Origin: Okamejei kenojei
Lineage: Eukaryota
Reading direction: 5' to 3'
DNA length: 64,000 nt
NCBI GenBank assembly: GCA_035221665.1
Contig: CM069162.1
Span: 9,734,001-9,798,000 of the forward strand
Position numbers and translations under genes: made by a program. The notes beneath the pieces were generated by a model. That model had not been told where the DNA came from. It worked only from the letters and a program-made list of their open reading frames with translations, and searched no databases. This document shows, in pieces, positions 26,465-39,084 of the stretch; positions within the stretch are counted from its first letter, which is position 1; each line of letters starts with the position of its first letter.

Positions 26465-26980
26465 TTTTATGGGAGATGTGTGTTGCTGGCCTTGGCAGCA
26501 ATGATTGACAGTCCCTAATTGCCATGAGGCAATGGTGATCAGCTGCCCTCATGAACTACTGCTTGCTGGGTGGCAGTTGTCAATTTTGGCAATACTGGTG
26601 CAAGATCTTTGGCAAATTGCGGCAAGGCTGTTTGTAGATGCTCAACTCTGTAGCCAGGGTTTGTTTGTGTTCGCCAGTGAAGCGAGATGGTGTCAAGTTT
26701 TTTTAGTTTTTTAAGTTGAGTTCGTCCAGGCTAATGGCAAATATTCCATCATATACCTCACCTAAGGCTTGTAGGTAATGGAAAGACTTTGGAGAATTAG
26801 GAGGTGAATCACTTTCTGTAAGATACTTAGCTTCTTCACTAGTTTTTACAGAACAGTGTTTAAATGCCTGGTCAAGCTATACCACTTGACATTGGGCAGT
26901 AGTGATCCCACAGGACATGGATGGTGGCGGACATGATGATGGTAATATTGTTGAATGTGAAGAGCAGGTGATTGTCAAAA
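26465..26980 (-). mobile_element. Old CR1/L2-like LINE fragment
   Basis: Similar to the 62440-64000 and 13580-14150 remnants (ccctaattgcc...tggtgatcagctgcc). Confidence 0.5.
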
Positions 26981-27629
26981 GTCCCTGTCAAAAACAGGAG
27001 CAGCCGGAGTCTTACATGATCACAGGGAGAAGGTGCAAAATCCACATAGACAGCAGCCATGGTCAGGATTGAACCCTGGTCATTGGCAGCTGCACCATGG
27101 TCTTGCCATTTTCAAATGCAATATTTCACACAGACAGCAGCCAAGTCAGATTGAACCTGGGTCTCTGGTAGCTGTACCTTGAATGCACATATGGGTTTCT
27201 TCATTGTCAGGAATTCATGGGGTTGAATATTTTAAAATCAGTGAATATCTTCACTTCTGGAAGAGGGTTGTTGAAATTGTTGATAGTTTTGCCACGGATT
27301 AATGTCCTGAACAGAAATGATTGAACTTGCAGTCATTCTTACCTTCATTATTTGTAAACGACAAGAGCATGGACTTCCCATGGAATAACAACAAATGTGG
27401 AGGTATATCAGGTCCTATGTACCCAGGCCACCTAAATAAGCATGCCCCACAATGTTGTAAAGGAGTAGCATACATAATACCCACATTAAAGCATTGAAAT
27501 GGAATTTCATATTAGTTAATGTATAAATCCATATTGGTTAATCTATAAATGCTCAAACCATGAATCGTGTAGTCTTGAGTAATTCATCATTAAGGGGAGT
27601 GTTGCTATAGTCATTCCTCTTGATTGTGA

Positions 27630-27789
27630 AGGAAAGAACTGCAGATGCTGGTTTAAACCAAAGATAGACACAAAATGCTGGAGTAACTCAGCGGGACAAG
27701 CAGCATCTCTGGTGACCCATTCGTCACCCATTCCTTCTCTCCAGAGATGCTGCCTGTCCCGCTGAGTTACTTCAGCATTTTGTGTCTAC
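27630..27789. mobile_element. Foldback Penelope-derived insertion (ribozyme core deleted)
   Basis: Inverted arms gacacaaaatgctggagtaactcagcgggaca / tgtcccgctgagttacttcagcattttgtgtc; 14-bp TSD cctcttgattgtga at 27616-27629 and 27790-27803. Confidence 0.8.
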
Positions 27790-28181
27790 CCTCTTGATTG
27801 TGATGTGGGAATGTGGCCGATTCTTCCTTTGGGCCACTAGTTGTTGCCCTGGGAGAAGGAGATTCTTCTCCTGAAGATTCTTTTGCTAGCTTTGTAGCTG
27901 GCTTTGTTTTTGTAAAGAACACTTACATGTGGAGGAATATATCTCTGTATTTGCACTCCTTTGGAGGGATTTCAAATCTCTTTGAGATGGCACAAACCTT
28001 CTGTGAAAATTGAAGCACTCTAAGATAGGTCTCAGAGTTATTATGAGCATGCACTTAGCAATCTGTACGCAAGGAGTACTGCAGATAATGGATGAGTAAC
28101 TTGAGAATATTATTTATTTATGCAAAAACAATGAACTGCAGATGCTGGTTTATCCCAAAGAAGGCGCAAAATGTTTTGCTA

Positions 28182-28393
28182 AGGGCCTGTCCCACTTACG
28201 CGATTTTTTTTGGCAACTACAGGCATCATCCCACTTGGTGACACTTGTATGGTTGTGAGTAGTTGCCCAAAGAGTCGTACCTGTTTCTGGTCGCCGCTGG
28301 ATTTTCAACATGTTGAAAATGTTCGTCCACCTGCTGCGACTAATGACGGGTACCGGCAGTCACCAAAAAAATTGCGTTATTGGGACAGGCCGT
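28182..28393. mobile_element. MITE (PIF/Harbinger-like) inserted in a Penelope-derived element
   Basis: TIRs agggcctgtcccacttacgcgattttttt / aaaaaaattgcgttattgggacaggccgt; same termini as the 53.1-kb MITE. Confidence 0.7.
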
Positions 28394-28794
28394 GCATCTC
28401 TGGAGAATATGGATAAGTGATGTTTTGGGACCCTAATCCAGAGATGCTGCCTGACCTGTTGAATTACCAGTCTTTCCTACTGTGTTTATTTGTTTATTGT
28501 CGTTTGTCCACGTTGCTTGCTATCAAATTATTGCATCACTTCCTGATTTATTTACTTACTTTATTCTTGGAGTTTTGAAAGACCCCTTGGATACCCAGGA
28601 AATGGTTCTTGATTGACTTTACGAATAATACCATGAATGTAAAAGTACATTGAATGATGCCAACCCAGAAATCCATGGCTTCCACTTTGACATGCATATC
28701 CTGTGCAGACAGAAGTGCATCAAATTTGGGTGATGATACCTGAACCATAAACTGATCCTTGCTAGGTTGGGCAGACTCATTAGAACATGGAATG

Positions 28795-29535
28795 AATAAG
28801 TAAGTAAGTTTATTGGCCAAGTATTCACATACAAGGAATTTGCCTTGGTGCTCCGCCCACAAGTAACAACATGACATACAGTGATAGTTACGAATGACTC
28901 AGAAAACACTAAACATTAGTAATAATAAAGCATTAATGATAAAACACCATTGATCAAGCATGTGAACCAACAAAATACCAGATCAAAGGGAGGCTACAGA
29001 TTTTTGGCTGTTGAGTAGAGCAACTACTCGTGGATAAAAACTGTTTTTATGTCTGGCTGTGGCACAGTCCGGAGTCGCCTTCCAGAGGGAAGTGATTCAA
29101 AGAGTTTGTGGCCAGGGTGAGAGGGGTCAGAGATGATCTTGCCTGCTCGCTTCCTGGCCCTTGCAGTGTACAGTTCATCAATGGAGGGAAGGTTGCAGCC
29201 AATAACCTTCTCTGCTGATCGGACGATTCGCTGCAGCCTCCAGGTGTCGTGCTTGGTGGCTGAGCCAAACCAGACCATGATGGAGAAGGTGAGAACAGCC
29301 TCCAAGATGGCCATGTAGAATTGGACCATCATTTCCTGTGGCAGATTGTGCTTCCACATCCTCTGTTGTGCCTTTTTGACTGTGGAGTCGATTGTAGTCC
29401 CCCACTTAAGGTCCTTGGAGATGATGGTTCCCAGGAACTTAAAATACTCCACATATGTGACTGTGGTGTTGTTGATGGTGAGTATGGTGAGGGGAGGGGG
29501 AGCTCTCCTAAAGTCTACAATCAATTCCACTGTCT
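28795..29535 (-). mobile_element. 5'-truncated Rex1/Babar-type LINE
   Basis: ORF 29024..29530: ELIVDFRR...FKFLGTIISKDLKW...LPSGRRLR; AATAAA plus (ACTT)n tail at the left end. Confidence 0.88.
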
Positions 29536-30149
29536 TAGTATGGAAGAATATGGAACAGGCCCTTCAGCCCACATTATCTGTACCAAACATGTACAATATC
29601 ATTGTTAACCATGTAGCTACTGACACAACATCCTTTTCATAAAACTCTGGAAATTGATTTTGTAATATACTCTGCTCAAATTTTTTATCGTTAAAAAAAA
29701 TAATCGTACTTGATGTTATTACTTTTATATTACTTTTCATTTCTTAGTGTCAACCAGAAGACATTACATGCAAATCGGCGTAAATGTTTTTCACTCTTCA
29801 ATCATGGAGGAGGCAGTTCCAGTGTTCAATAGCAATAAGGGAGTTATGTAAATACCAACATGCAGGGCCTGTTGTATTGACTACAAATTGACTCATTTGA
29901 AAACGAGGTAATCTGATTCCTTTAGAAAATAGACTATTTCTAAACTGGTTGGTAATATGGATATTGCACTAGATATGTGCACTCTAGTATATTTTCATTT
30001 TAAACATGTCCTATCTCAACAAAAGCCGACCCAACTATTGACGGTGTTTAATTGATGTTGCGTTATGTGGAATGCTGTAACAAGCAGCCATATCTACCTT
30101 GCAAAATTTATATTCCATTGAAAAAGCATATTTGCTCTTCCTGTACGAT

Positions 30150-30430
30150 GGTTTAATTCAGAGATAAAGCCCGAAACAGGCCCTTCGGCCCACCAAGTCT
30201 GCCGATGATCCCCGCACACTAACATTATCCTACACACACTCGGGACAGTTTTACCAAACCAATTAGCCTGCAAATCTGTATGTCTTTGGAGTGTGGGCGG
30301 AAACTGGAGATCCCAGAGGAAATCAACACACGTACACTCTCTATATAGACAGCACCCGTAGTCAGGTTTGAACCCAGGTCTCTGGCGATGTGAGGCAGCA
30401 ACTCCACCACTGCAGCACCAAGCCGCCCGT
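30150..30430 (-). mobile_element. HE1-type V-SINE
   Basis: Reverse complement of the HE1 consensus (gaaacaggcccttcggccc...gaacccaggtctctggcgatgtgaggcagc). Confidence 0.8.
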
Positions 30431-31825
30431 CTGTGCCACAGCTCAGAGGACTATTTTATGCTTAGTTTATACCTTCATTGTGTGAGATTCTTTGGTTAAA
30501 GTGTAAGAACTGAGAAATAAGGATAATGGCCTGTTTTGGGTCAATTAATGGAATCTGCAGTCAACGTAGATAATGTAAATACTGCATTTATGTATTTTCA
30601 GTTTAGTCATTTGTTGCTTTTAGCAAATTGCAGAAATCTTTGTGCTCATGAAAACACGGGAGACTTGGAAAAACAGCAGCTATTGAATATTTTAATATAT
30701 TAAAGCCACATGGTCTCAGTTTAAAAAAATCTTTTGTTATTAAAATAATGAGCTCATGGGGGAAAAACTGATTTTAAATTGGCGTAGTTTTGAAGTCTTA
30801 CAGCTTCAAAATGAAAATTAATTGTATTTTATTTGAGATGTTTGTGCCAATATCCACTAAATCTAAGAAAACCGAGCTTTATCTTGGATACAAAGATGGG
30901 ATGCAGGGACTGATATGGGAAAATAAAGCTTTTTGTGCTCAAGACCAACATTTTAAATAGAATTTCCATTCTGACTGCTTAGATTATATCGAGGCTTTTA
31001 AAAAAAAAAATCAGCTGTGATTGTTAAAGTCAATCAATTAAAACACTTGCATTTAATTAAATGTGTTTTAATCTTGAAATAAAAATATGCGTGTGTGTCC
31101 CCCCGCCCTTCAGAGCTCATTAATTTCACGAATGATAAACAACTAAAAACTGCACAGCATCCAGATCCTTCTGTACAGGATCACATTCCAATCCTGCAGC
31201 TGTCGGATAAGTTCCTGAAGTGATTAGCTTTCAGCCAGTGAATTCAACATTATGTCTCTGCCTCCTTTAGTTTACACAAAATGATGTGCTGTACTTTGCA
31301 ATGCATTTCCAAAATTAAAACAAAAACGAGAACGCATCTGTAAAAAATGAACAAGAATGTGCTAAGGTAAGGTAGGAGGTTTTGTTGAAGATTTCCTGAC
31401 ATATTTAATGCCCATGATTTGCATTCAAAGCTGCCTTTAATGGGATGTTTTTTTTAAAAAGCAAAGCTTCCTTTGAGACCTGCATACATTGAAAGGTGAG
31501 AACATGCATACATGAGCTAACACATACTGTTTTGGATATTATTAGCCTTACAACATCTCTTGTTTTGAGTCTATCATAGACATCGAGTGATACAGTGTGG
31601 AAACAGGCCCAACTCGCCCACACCGGCCAACAATGTCCCAGCTACCCCAGTCCCACTTGCCTACCATGCTCGTGGTTAAGTATAATTTAAAAGTAAAATC
31701 ATCAGATGCACCCCAAGCATGAAAATGTACTTATTTGTGGCTCCACTGTCGCAAATATATTTTTCACACTTGATTTTAAAATGCCTCTAATTTCAGTGTA
31801 AGAAAACATCGAGCACAATGATATT

Positions 31826-32126
31826 TACTTTAGTTTAGAGATATAGCATGGAAACACACCGTGGAAAACAGAATCCGCGCCGATAATTGATGACCCGTTA
31901 ACACTAGTTCCATGTTATCCACTTTCTCATCCACTCCCTTTACACGAAGGACAATTTATAGAGGCCAATCAACTGACAAACCCGCACATCTTTGGAATGT
32001 GGAAGAGAATCGAGGGTTTCCCGGAGGAAACCCACGCAGTCATAGAGAGAACGTGCAAATTCGCACAGCTCAGGTTTGAACCCAGGTTCTTGGCACTGTG
32101 AAGTAGCGACTCCATCAGCTGTGCCA
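31826..32126 (-). mobile_element. HE1-type V-SINE
   Basis: tttagtttagagatatagcatggaaac tail...ggaaacccacgcagtcatagagagaacgtgc...gaacccagg. Confidence 0.75.
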
Positions 32127-32427
32127 TCTGTTGAACCTTATTTGTCCCTTATCAGCCCATGCCTGAAAGTTCTAAATGTTATACTTTATGCCGTGTACCT
32201 GTTGCTTTATTGACAAATTAGCTCATGGAGTTTAATATCATGTAATCAGTGAATATCCTGGAAGAGAGTTGTTAAAATTGTTGTTGACGATTTGGCCATA
32301 GATTAATGTCCTGGGCAGAGGTGATTGATCTTGCAGTCACTTTTGCCCTCATCTGGATTGAACCGGGTCTCTGGTGCTTTGAGGCAGCTGTGCCATTTAC
32401 TTGAATCAAAATGACAAAACAATATAT

Positions 32428-32745
32428 TGAAGGTAGACAAAAATGCTGGAGAAAATCAGCGGGTGAGGCAGCATCTATGGAGCGATGGAGTAGGTGACGT
32501 TTCGTGTCGCGACCCTTCTTCAGACTGATGTGGGGGGGGGGGGGGAGTGCGCCGGGAAAAAGATCGGAAGAGATGCTGTGGGAAAGCTGGGATGGGGAAG
32601 GAGGGAGAAAGCAAGGACTACCTGATATTGGAGAAATCAATGTTCATACCGCTGGGGTGTAAACTACCCAAGTGAAATATGAGGTGCTGCTCCAATTTGT
32701 GGTGGGACTCACTCTGGCCATGGAGGAGGCCCAGGCCAGAAAGCT
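32428..32745 (-). mobile_element. Penelope 3' end (EN C-terminus plus pLTR with hammerhead core)
   Basis: Minus strand encodes a KLEQHLIFHLGSLHPSGMNIDFSN-like peptide; CTGAAGA...GAAACGTC core at 32496-32523. Confidence 0.8.
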
Positions 32746-33504
32746 CGGATGTTGAGAAATCTGCTGTTGAAGACTGGGTTTGTGTGTTTTCCCTTTCTGC
32801 ACCATGTTTCTATTATTACTGACAAGTAAGAAGACAAGGCCAACTATCCTGAGTTTTTCCAGGTAAAACCAGTTGACATGTGACCAGGGACATTTGTTGG
32901 AAATTATCTTGGTAATAGCATTGGTACAAGATTGGGAACTTGTTACCTGTTTGGGCTTTTGGCAGGGAGGCTGGGTAAAAAAATATAATTTATAAAAAGA
33001 TATTCCCACAGTCGTCCATGTGTTTGGAGATCAGTCAGAATGCTGTAGTTTTACTATAGCTTGTATTTCCGTAATGCTAATTTTCTCCAATGCGAGACTT
33101 ACGAGCAGCACATCTATTGTGTTATTGTAGAGGTACATGCACATGTAAAATGGTATAATGCCTTGAATGCCACATGTAAATCACAGTTTTGGTTTAATTT
33201 TACTGGTCATACTAAAATAGTTCTAAATTTGAAAATAAAAGCATTTAGACCAATTGCTCAAAGTTATCCATGGAACTTCCTTGAATTTTATTCCCATTGA
33301 AATACATTTTGGTATCAATGGTGCTGTACTTTGCGTGCATCAATGGGTGACCAGTTTCCAGCACTAATCTTCTGGCACTGATTCAATCTGGTACATTTGT
33401 GGACTTATTATTACACAGATATGTACCACTTCAATTTTTTGGCTGCCATGAGACTCTTCAAATTGTAGAATGCAGATGGCAAAGGGAGTGCTATCAGATT
33501 TATA

Positions 33505-33960
33505 TCAGTCATAGAGTGATACAGTGTGGAAACAGGCCCTTTGGCCCAACCTGCCCACATTGGCCAGCGTGTCCCAGCTACACTAGTCCCGCCTGCGTTT
33601 GGTCCATATCCATCCAAACTAGTCCTATGGATGTCCCTGTCTAACTTTCTTAAACGTTGGTATAGTCCCAGCCTCAACTACCTCCTCTAGCAGCTTGTTC
33701 CATCCACCCACTGCCCTTTGTGTGGAAAGAGTTACCCCTCAAATTCCTATTAAATCTGTTCACCTTAAACCTATGTCCTCTGATCCTCGATTTATCTACT
33801 CTGGGCAAGAGACTGCCCGATCTATTCCTCTCATGATTTTATACACCTCTATAAGATTGCCCCTCCATCCTCCTGCGCTCCAAGGAATAAAGTTCCAGCC
33901 TACTCAACATCTCCCTCTAGCTCAGACCCTCTAGTCCTGCACCATCCTAGTAAATCTGCA
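33505..33960 (-). mobile_element. CR1 LINE 3' end
   Basis: Highly similar to 4945-5400 (gtcatagagtgatacagtgtggaaacaggccc...). Confidence 0.85.
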
Positions 33961-34349
33961 ATGTTTTCAATGCACATTTCTTTCCGCTAAGATCATAATG
34001 TTTTATATTTTATTTCCTGCAATTTAAAATATACTGATGTGTTCTATTTTGGTCTGCAAGCAATGGAAATAAGGTGTCTAGGGTTGCGTTCCAATCCACT
34101 CTGAGCCAAGCTAATAACTTTTTGACAATATTGACTGATGTGATATTGAATTTATCATATCGGAGAATGCATTAGTGATTTGTGGTCTTCATTGACTTCG
34201 GGTTCATTGCAGAATAACAATTCTAGCTAGAAATTAACCAACTGATTAGTTAAAGGTGGAACAGCCTATTCTTTTTTAAATCTCAAGTAATTCCAAGAAC
34301 ATCAGAGTGGTCATTATCTGGGAACACTGATTTAAGTTAATTGGTATCA

Positions 34350-34690
34350 CCAACATTTTTATTAGACATCCCTAATTGCCTCTGAATGGCTAGCTGCCTC
34401 CAGCTTCAAAGGACTGTTAAAAATCTACCATTTTGGTTTGAGGTTTGGGGTCACATTTGGTCAGATCGGAAGAGTGTGCTAGTTTGCTTCCCTTAAACGT
34501 CATTAGGGAAGCAGATGGAGTTTTTATGACATTCTGATACCTTCGTAGTCACCTTCACTAAGCTAGCTTTTTATTCCAGATTTATTTAATTAGCTACATT
34601 TAAACGGGGCAGGTGCCATAGTGGTATTGAAGAATGTGCATCCTGCTCAGTAATCCTGACTTTGGATACTAGTCCAGTAACGTCACCTTG
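34350..34690 (-). mobile_element. Old elasmobranch tRNA-derived SINE
   Basis: Minus strand has a tRNA-like head (ttactggactagtatcc), aataaatctggaataaaaagctag, ccatctgcttccctaatg and a caattagggatg tail. Confidence 0.55.
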
Positions 34691-35034
34691 TATGGATCTC
34701 CAAATGTCTGCTGTTTATGAGCTGTTTGGCCATTAGTTTGCATTAATAAATCATGGTATAGTTATAGAAAGAACTTGCATGCATCATATAAATCATATAA
34801 GTCAGGTTGTCTTATCGACTGCTACTTAGAAAGGCAACTAACATTTATTTCTGGTTATATTGCCTTGTGTAGGATTTGATACTGGTGTCAGATCAAATTC
34901 AAAACCAATTTAGATTTAAATTCAAAACCAACAACGCTGGGAACACTTAGCAGATCAGGCAGCATCAATAGAGAAAGAAGCAGAGTTAATGTTTCGGGTC
35001 GATGAGCTTTCATCAGAACATGCATGGTATTAAA

Positions 35035-35133
35035 GGTAGGCAAAATTACTGGAGAAATTCAGCGGGTGCGGCAGCATCTATAGAACGAAGGAAATAGGCA
35101 ACGTTTCGGGCCGAAACCCTTCTTCAGACTGAT
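35035..35133 (-). mobile_element. 99-bp Penelope-derived insertion with an intact hammerhead core
   Basis: Core CTGAAGA-AGGGTTTCGGCCC-GAAACGTT at 35100-35127; exact 16-bp TSD catgcatggtattaaa at 35019-35034 and 35134-35149. An older pLTR family copy lies immediately upstream (~34925-35018). Confidence 0.85.
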
Positions 35134-35691
35134 CATGCATGGTATTAAATTATTGAATGCTGATTTTGGTAGTCTGTGTTAATCCTATACACACCTAAAA
35201 TGCAGACATGTTCTTTCAGTTGGATATAACATTTTCTCTGCTGTTATTCCATTTGCATCTAAATACAGTCCAAATCCAAACTTAGTTCTCTATGCTCAGT
35301 TCTGCATCAATAACTAGCACGTTTAAACATATAGGTTCTCAGTATGTTTCATAATGGCAGGAAGAAGTGAAACTTGAGTCCCAGGACAGAATTTATTAGA
35401 ATGACAAATAGGATCATGGTCAAATGTTTGATTATCACTTGCACCCCGATGAATGCTGAGATGTTACTTCTGGAATGTAGATGTGAGAAATGTGGCAGTA
35501 TAATGCTAACGTCAAAGTAGCCTTTGCGAAGATACTGCTACCATTTGCATGACTTTGTGGCTAGTTTGTTAACTGTGGACTGCAGGAAGAAATTATGTGC
35601 TTTTTTTTTCCTATTTATGCTGTTTATTCTTCAGTGTTCTCAGTAACCATCAAGGCCAATTTCCTGTGATACCCGACTTTAATCCAGTTGC

Positions 35692-36097
35692 CTCTGGATA
35701 TAATCTGTAACACTGAATGATAGTAAAAGTCAATTACTTCCAGCCTGGTAATTCACAGCAAACTTCAGATGAAGATGCTTTGGAACTCAATGCTTTGGAG
35801 CTCGATGAACATAGTGTGAAGATCAATAAATAGAGATGGTGTCACTTTATTTTGCTGCGATGTGTGAGTTATCAATGTTATATGTAAGTGCCTGAAACAA
35901 TAATGGTGACTAGTAACAATGTTTTGTGTTCTTAGGAATTTAGGAAATATGCCTTGTGATTGGGTCTAAATTCTACCCACCTAGATCAAATGGGGGAAAA
36001 ATAGCCAGACCTTGTCACATGTCCTCCTCCACCCAGGCTCCCCCTATTCTGTATGTCATGAATCTGGAGGCAGAATACCAATTCAGTTGGCATGAAG
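35692..36097 (+). repeat. Donor copy of a local ~400-bp duplication
   Basis: Colinear similarity with 38075-38487 (cactgaatgatagtaaaagt...gttggcatgaag). Confidence 0.9.
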
Positions 36098-36234
36098 CAT
36101 TATGGCAGTTAATAAGCATTATGCTGCAGCATTATGCCATACACAATAGCAAGGCTTCCAACTCGGCACTTCAGAAACGTTATGCCTGGAAAGTTCTTGC
36201 AAGCTTGGCAGATAGTTATAGAATTAAATACACA

Positions 36235-37240
36235 GTTTAAAACAGGCCCTTCAACCCAACTCGTCCATGCTGACCAAGTTTTCTAACTGAACAAAACCCA
36301 CTTGCCTGCGCCTTGCCCATATCCCTTTAAACCTTTCTTATCCGTGTACCAGTCCAAATGTCTATTAAGTGTTGTAATTATATTAATCTTTACCACTTCC
36401 TCTGGCAGTTCGTTCCAGATATGCACTGCAGCATGAATGCAGCACGCCCAATGCCCTCTTCATCTGTCTACTTGGGTTACCACTTTCATGCAACTATGTA
36501 GTTGCATCCCTGGGTCTCGCTATTCTACACCACTCTCCAGGAGCCTGCCACTTAGAATGTAAGTCCTGCCCTGGCTTGTCCTATCAAAATACAACACCTC
36601 ACATTAATCTGAATTACTGTTCATCAGCCTGTTGGCCCAATTGATAAAGATCCCATTGTAATCTTAGAAAACCTTCAGTGTTCACCATGCCACCAACTTT
36701 AATGGTATCTGTAAATTTACTAACCATGCTACCTACAATCGCATTCAAATTGTTACTATAAATAATGAATATCGCTGGACCCAACACTGATCCCTGTGGT
36801 TTAACACTTGTTACAAGCCTCCAGTGTGGAAAAAAAACCTTCTTCCTCTACACTCTGTCTTCTACCTTCAAGCCAGTTGTTATATTGAGCTGGCTGCCTC
36901 GCCCTGGATCCCATGTTATCTAACCTTCAAAACCAACCTGCCAAATGGTACCTTGTTCAAGGACTGGCTAAGGTCCATGCAAACAACATCCACAACATTG
37001 CCCTCATCAATCCTCTTGGTGATCTCTTCAAAAACAATTAAATCAAATTTGTGAAACACTATTTCCCAGAAGGCCATGGTAATTATCCTCAGCCTGAAGA
37101 AGGATCTCGATCCAAAACATCACCCATTCCTTCTCCAGAGATACTGCCTGTCCCGCTGAGTTACTGCAACATTTTGTGTGTATCCCTAGTCATTCAAGAT
37201 GCATGGAGATAATATCTCAGGATTCACTCACCTTTCACCA
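36235..37240 (-). mobile_element. CR1 LINE fragment with a nested Penelope-derived insertion (~37093-37180)
   Basis: aacaggcccttcaacccaac terminus; ggacccaacactgatccctgtgg (PQGSVLGP on minus). Confidence 0.75.
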
Positions 37241-37299
37241 CCTCCCTCAGCCAAACATTTGATTCATTCTGGAGCTCCGTTCATTAACATTAATGGTGA

Positions 37300-37467
37300 T
37301 AGTCACAAAATGCTGAAGTAACTCAGCGGGAGAGGCAGCATCTCTGGATAGAAGGAATGAAGAAGGGTCTCTACCTGAAACATCACCCATTCCTTCTCTC
37401 CAGAGATGTTGCCTGTCCCGCTGAGTTACTCCAGCATTTTGTGTCTATCTTCGGTTTAAACCAGCAT
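37300..37467. mobile_element. Foldback Penelope-derived element
   Basis: Inverted arms cacaaaatgctgaagtaactcagcggg / cccgctgagttactccagcattttgtg. Confidence 0.75.
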
Positions 37468-37767
37468 ACGGACAATGGGAACCCATCGTAGGGGGATCGT
37501 CGTGAGAGAGGGGGAGAATAATGGGGACATTATGTGGGGGGGGGGGGGGGTGCCGTCGTGAGGGAGGGGGAACAGCAATGGACAATGCAGGACCCGGCGT
37601 TGGGGGGACTGCCATGAGGGAGGGGGGTGGGGGAAGAACAAAGGTGGAACTGGCGCGGGGGAGGGGTTTGGAACTTTTTAAGCGACTCTTTGTATACCTT
37701 GGGTATGCAAGCAAAGAATTTCACAGTGACATCAAATGTGACAATATAATATTCAATTCAATTCAAT
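37468..37767 (+). mobile_element. G-rich SINE-like fragment with a Rex1-type tail
   Basis: 3' end gcaagcaaagaatttcac...gtgacaat...(ATTCA)n resembles the Rex1 3' UTR at 11470-11536; many G-runs. Confidence 0.5.
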
Positions 37768-37957
37768 CCTTAATATTAAAGGTGACGTATTCATCTAGTG
37801 TCAATGATTTGAAAAAGGCATCTACAAGTGTTTTGCAGACATGTATTCAACAATGCCAAGTCAAATAAAGAATTGGTTGAACTGAAGTAACGGTTGAAGG
37901 TGAGCATTAGGTTTGGTTTTGGGCAGGAATATGTTAAGATTATCTCAGAGATGATCA

Positions 37958-38650
37958 GGGCAGCACAGTGGAAGGGTTGCTGCCTTACAGCGTCAGAGAC
38001 CCGGGCTTGATCCTGACAACAGGTTCTGTCTGTACGTAGGTTGTATTTTATTCCAGTATTTTTATTATTTTATGCTCTGGGAGTATTTTGTAGCACTGAA
38101 TGATAGTAAAAGTAAATTACTTCCAGTTGGTAATTCACAGCAAACTTCAGATGAAGATGCTTTGGAACCCAATGCTTTGGAGCTAGATGAACGTCAATGT
38201 ATAGTGTGAAGGTCAATAAGTAAATATAGTGTTGCTTTATTTTGCTGAGATGTATGAACTATTAATGTTATTTGTAAGTGCTTGAAACAATAATGGTGAC
38301 TAATAACAATGTTTTGTGTTCTTAGGAATTTGGGGAATATGCCTTGTGATTGGGTCTGATTTCTACCCATCTAGATCAAATGCGAACAAAAGGCAAGACC
38401 CTGTCACACATTCCGCCTCCACCCATACTCCCCTTTTTCTGAATGTCATGAATGTAGAGGCAGAAAATCAATTCTGTTGGCATGAAGACAGGTTCTGTCT
38501 GTACATAGTCTCTATGTCCTCCCTGTGGCCACGTGGGTTTTCTTCGAGATGTCTGGTTTCCTACCACTTTCCAAAGATATGCAGGTTTGTAGGTTAATTG
38601 GCTTCTGTAAATTGTTCACAGTGTGTAGGATAGAACTAGTGTATGGGTCT
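37958..38650 (+). mobile_element. HE1-type SINE interrupted by a templated insertion (38040-38487)
   Basis: SINE head at 37958-38039 and V-domain/tail at 38488-38650; junction repeat acaggttctgtctgtac on both sides. Confidence 0.8.
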
Positions 38651-39084
38651 TTCGTAATGTAGTTATTTCATCCAAGTACAACAGGCTGTACATGGCAATG
38701 GAAAGACGCTTGTATATGATGATTGATGGTGGAATTTTGTTCCCTTGGTGAATTCATTGCTGTTTTGAAAGTACAGTGCAATGTTTAATGTCATCTAAAC
38801 CAGCTGCAAGGGCCTCTTGTGTAAATTATGTGTAATGTCAGCCTGGGCTATAACTTCTGAACCTGGTGCTGGTTGTCAGCCCTTGAACTCTGGCTTAGAT
38901 GAGAGTTCTACCAATTGTGCCACCCTGATATCTGAGATAACGCTTTGAATTTTTTAGATTAAATGTCCGTTTAAATTTAGTGGATTTATTCAAGGCTCGA
39001 GTGGTGCAGATGTTGAAAATAGCATAACCTTGAGTAGCAAAAGTTTTATAAATAACACAATTCCAAGTCATCGTCACAAAGCTG

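Noticed and set aside
35744-35834. Acidic mini-ORF QQTSDEDALELNALELDE after a possible acceptor, in both duplicated copies
   Set aside because: The two copies differ by frame-disrupting indels, stop early and resemble no protein I recognise.
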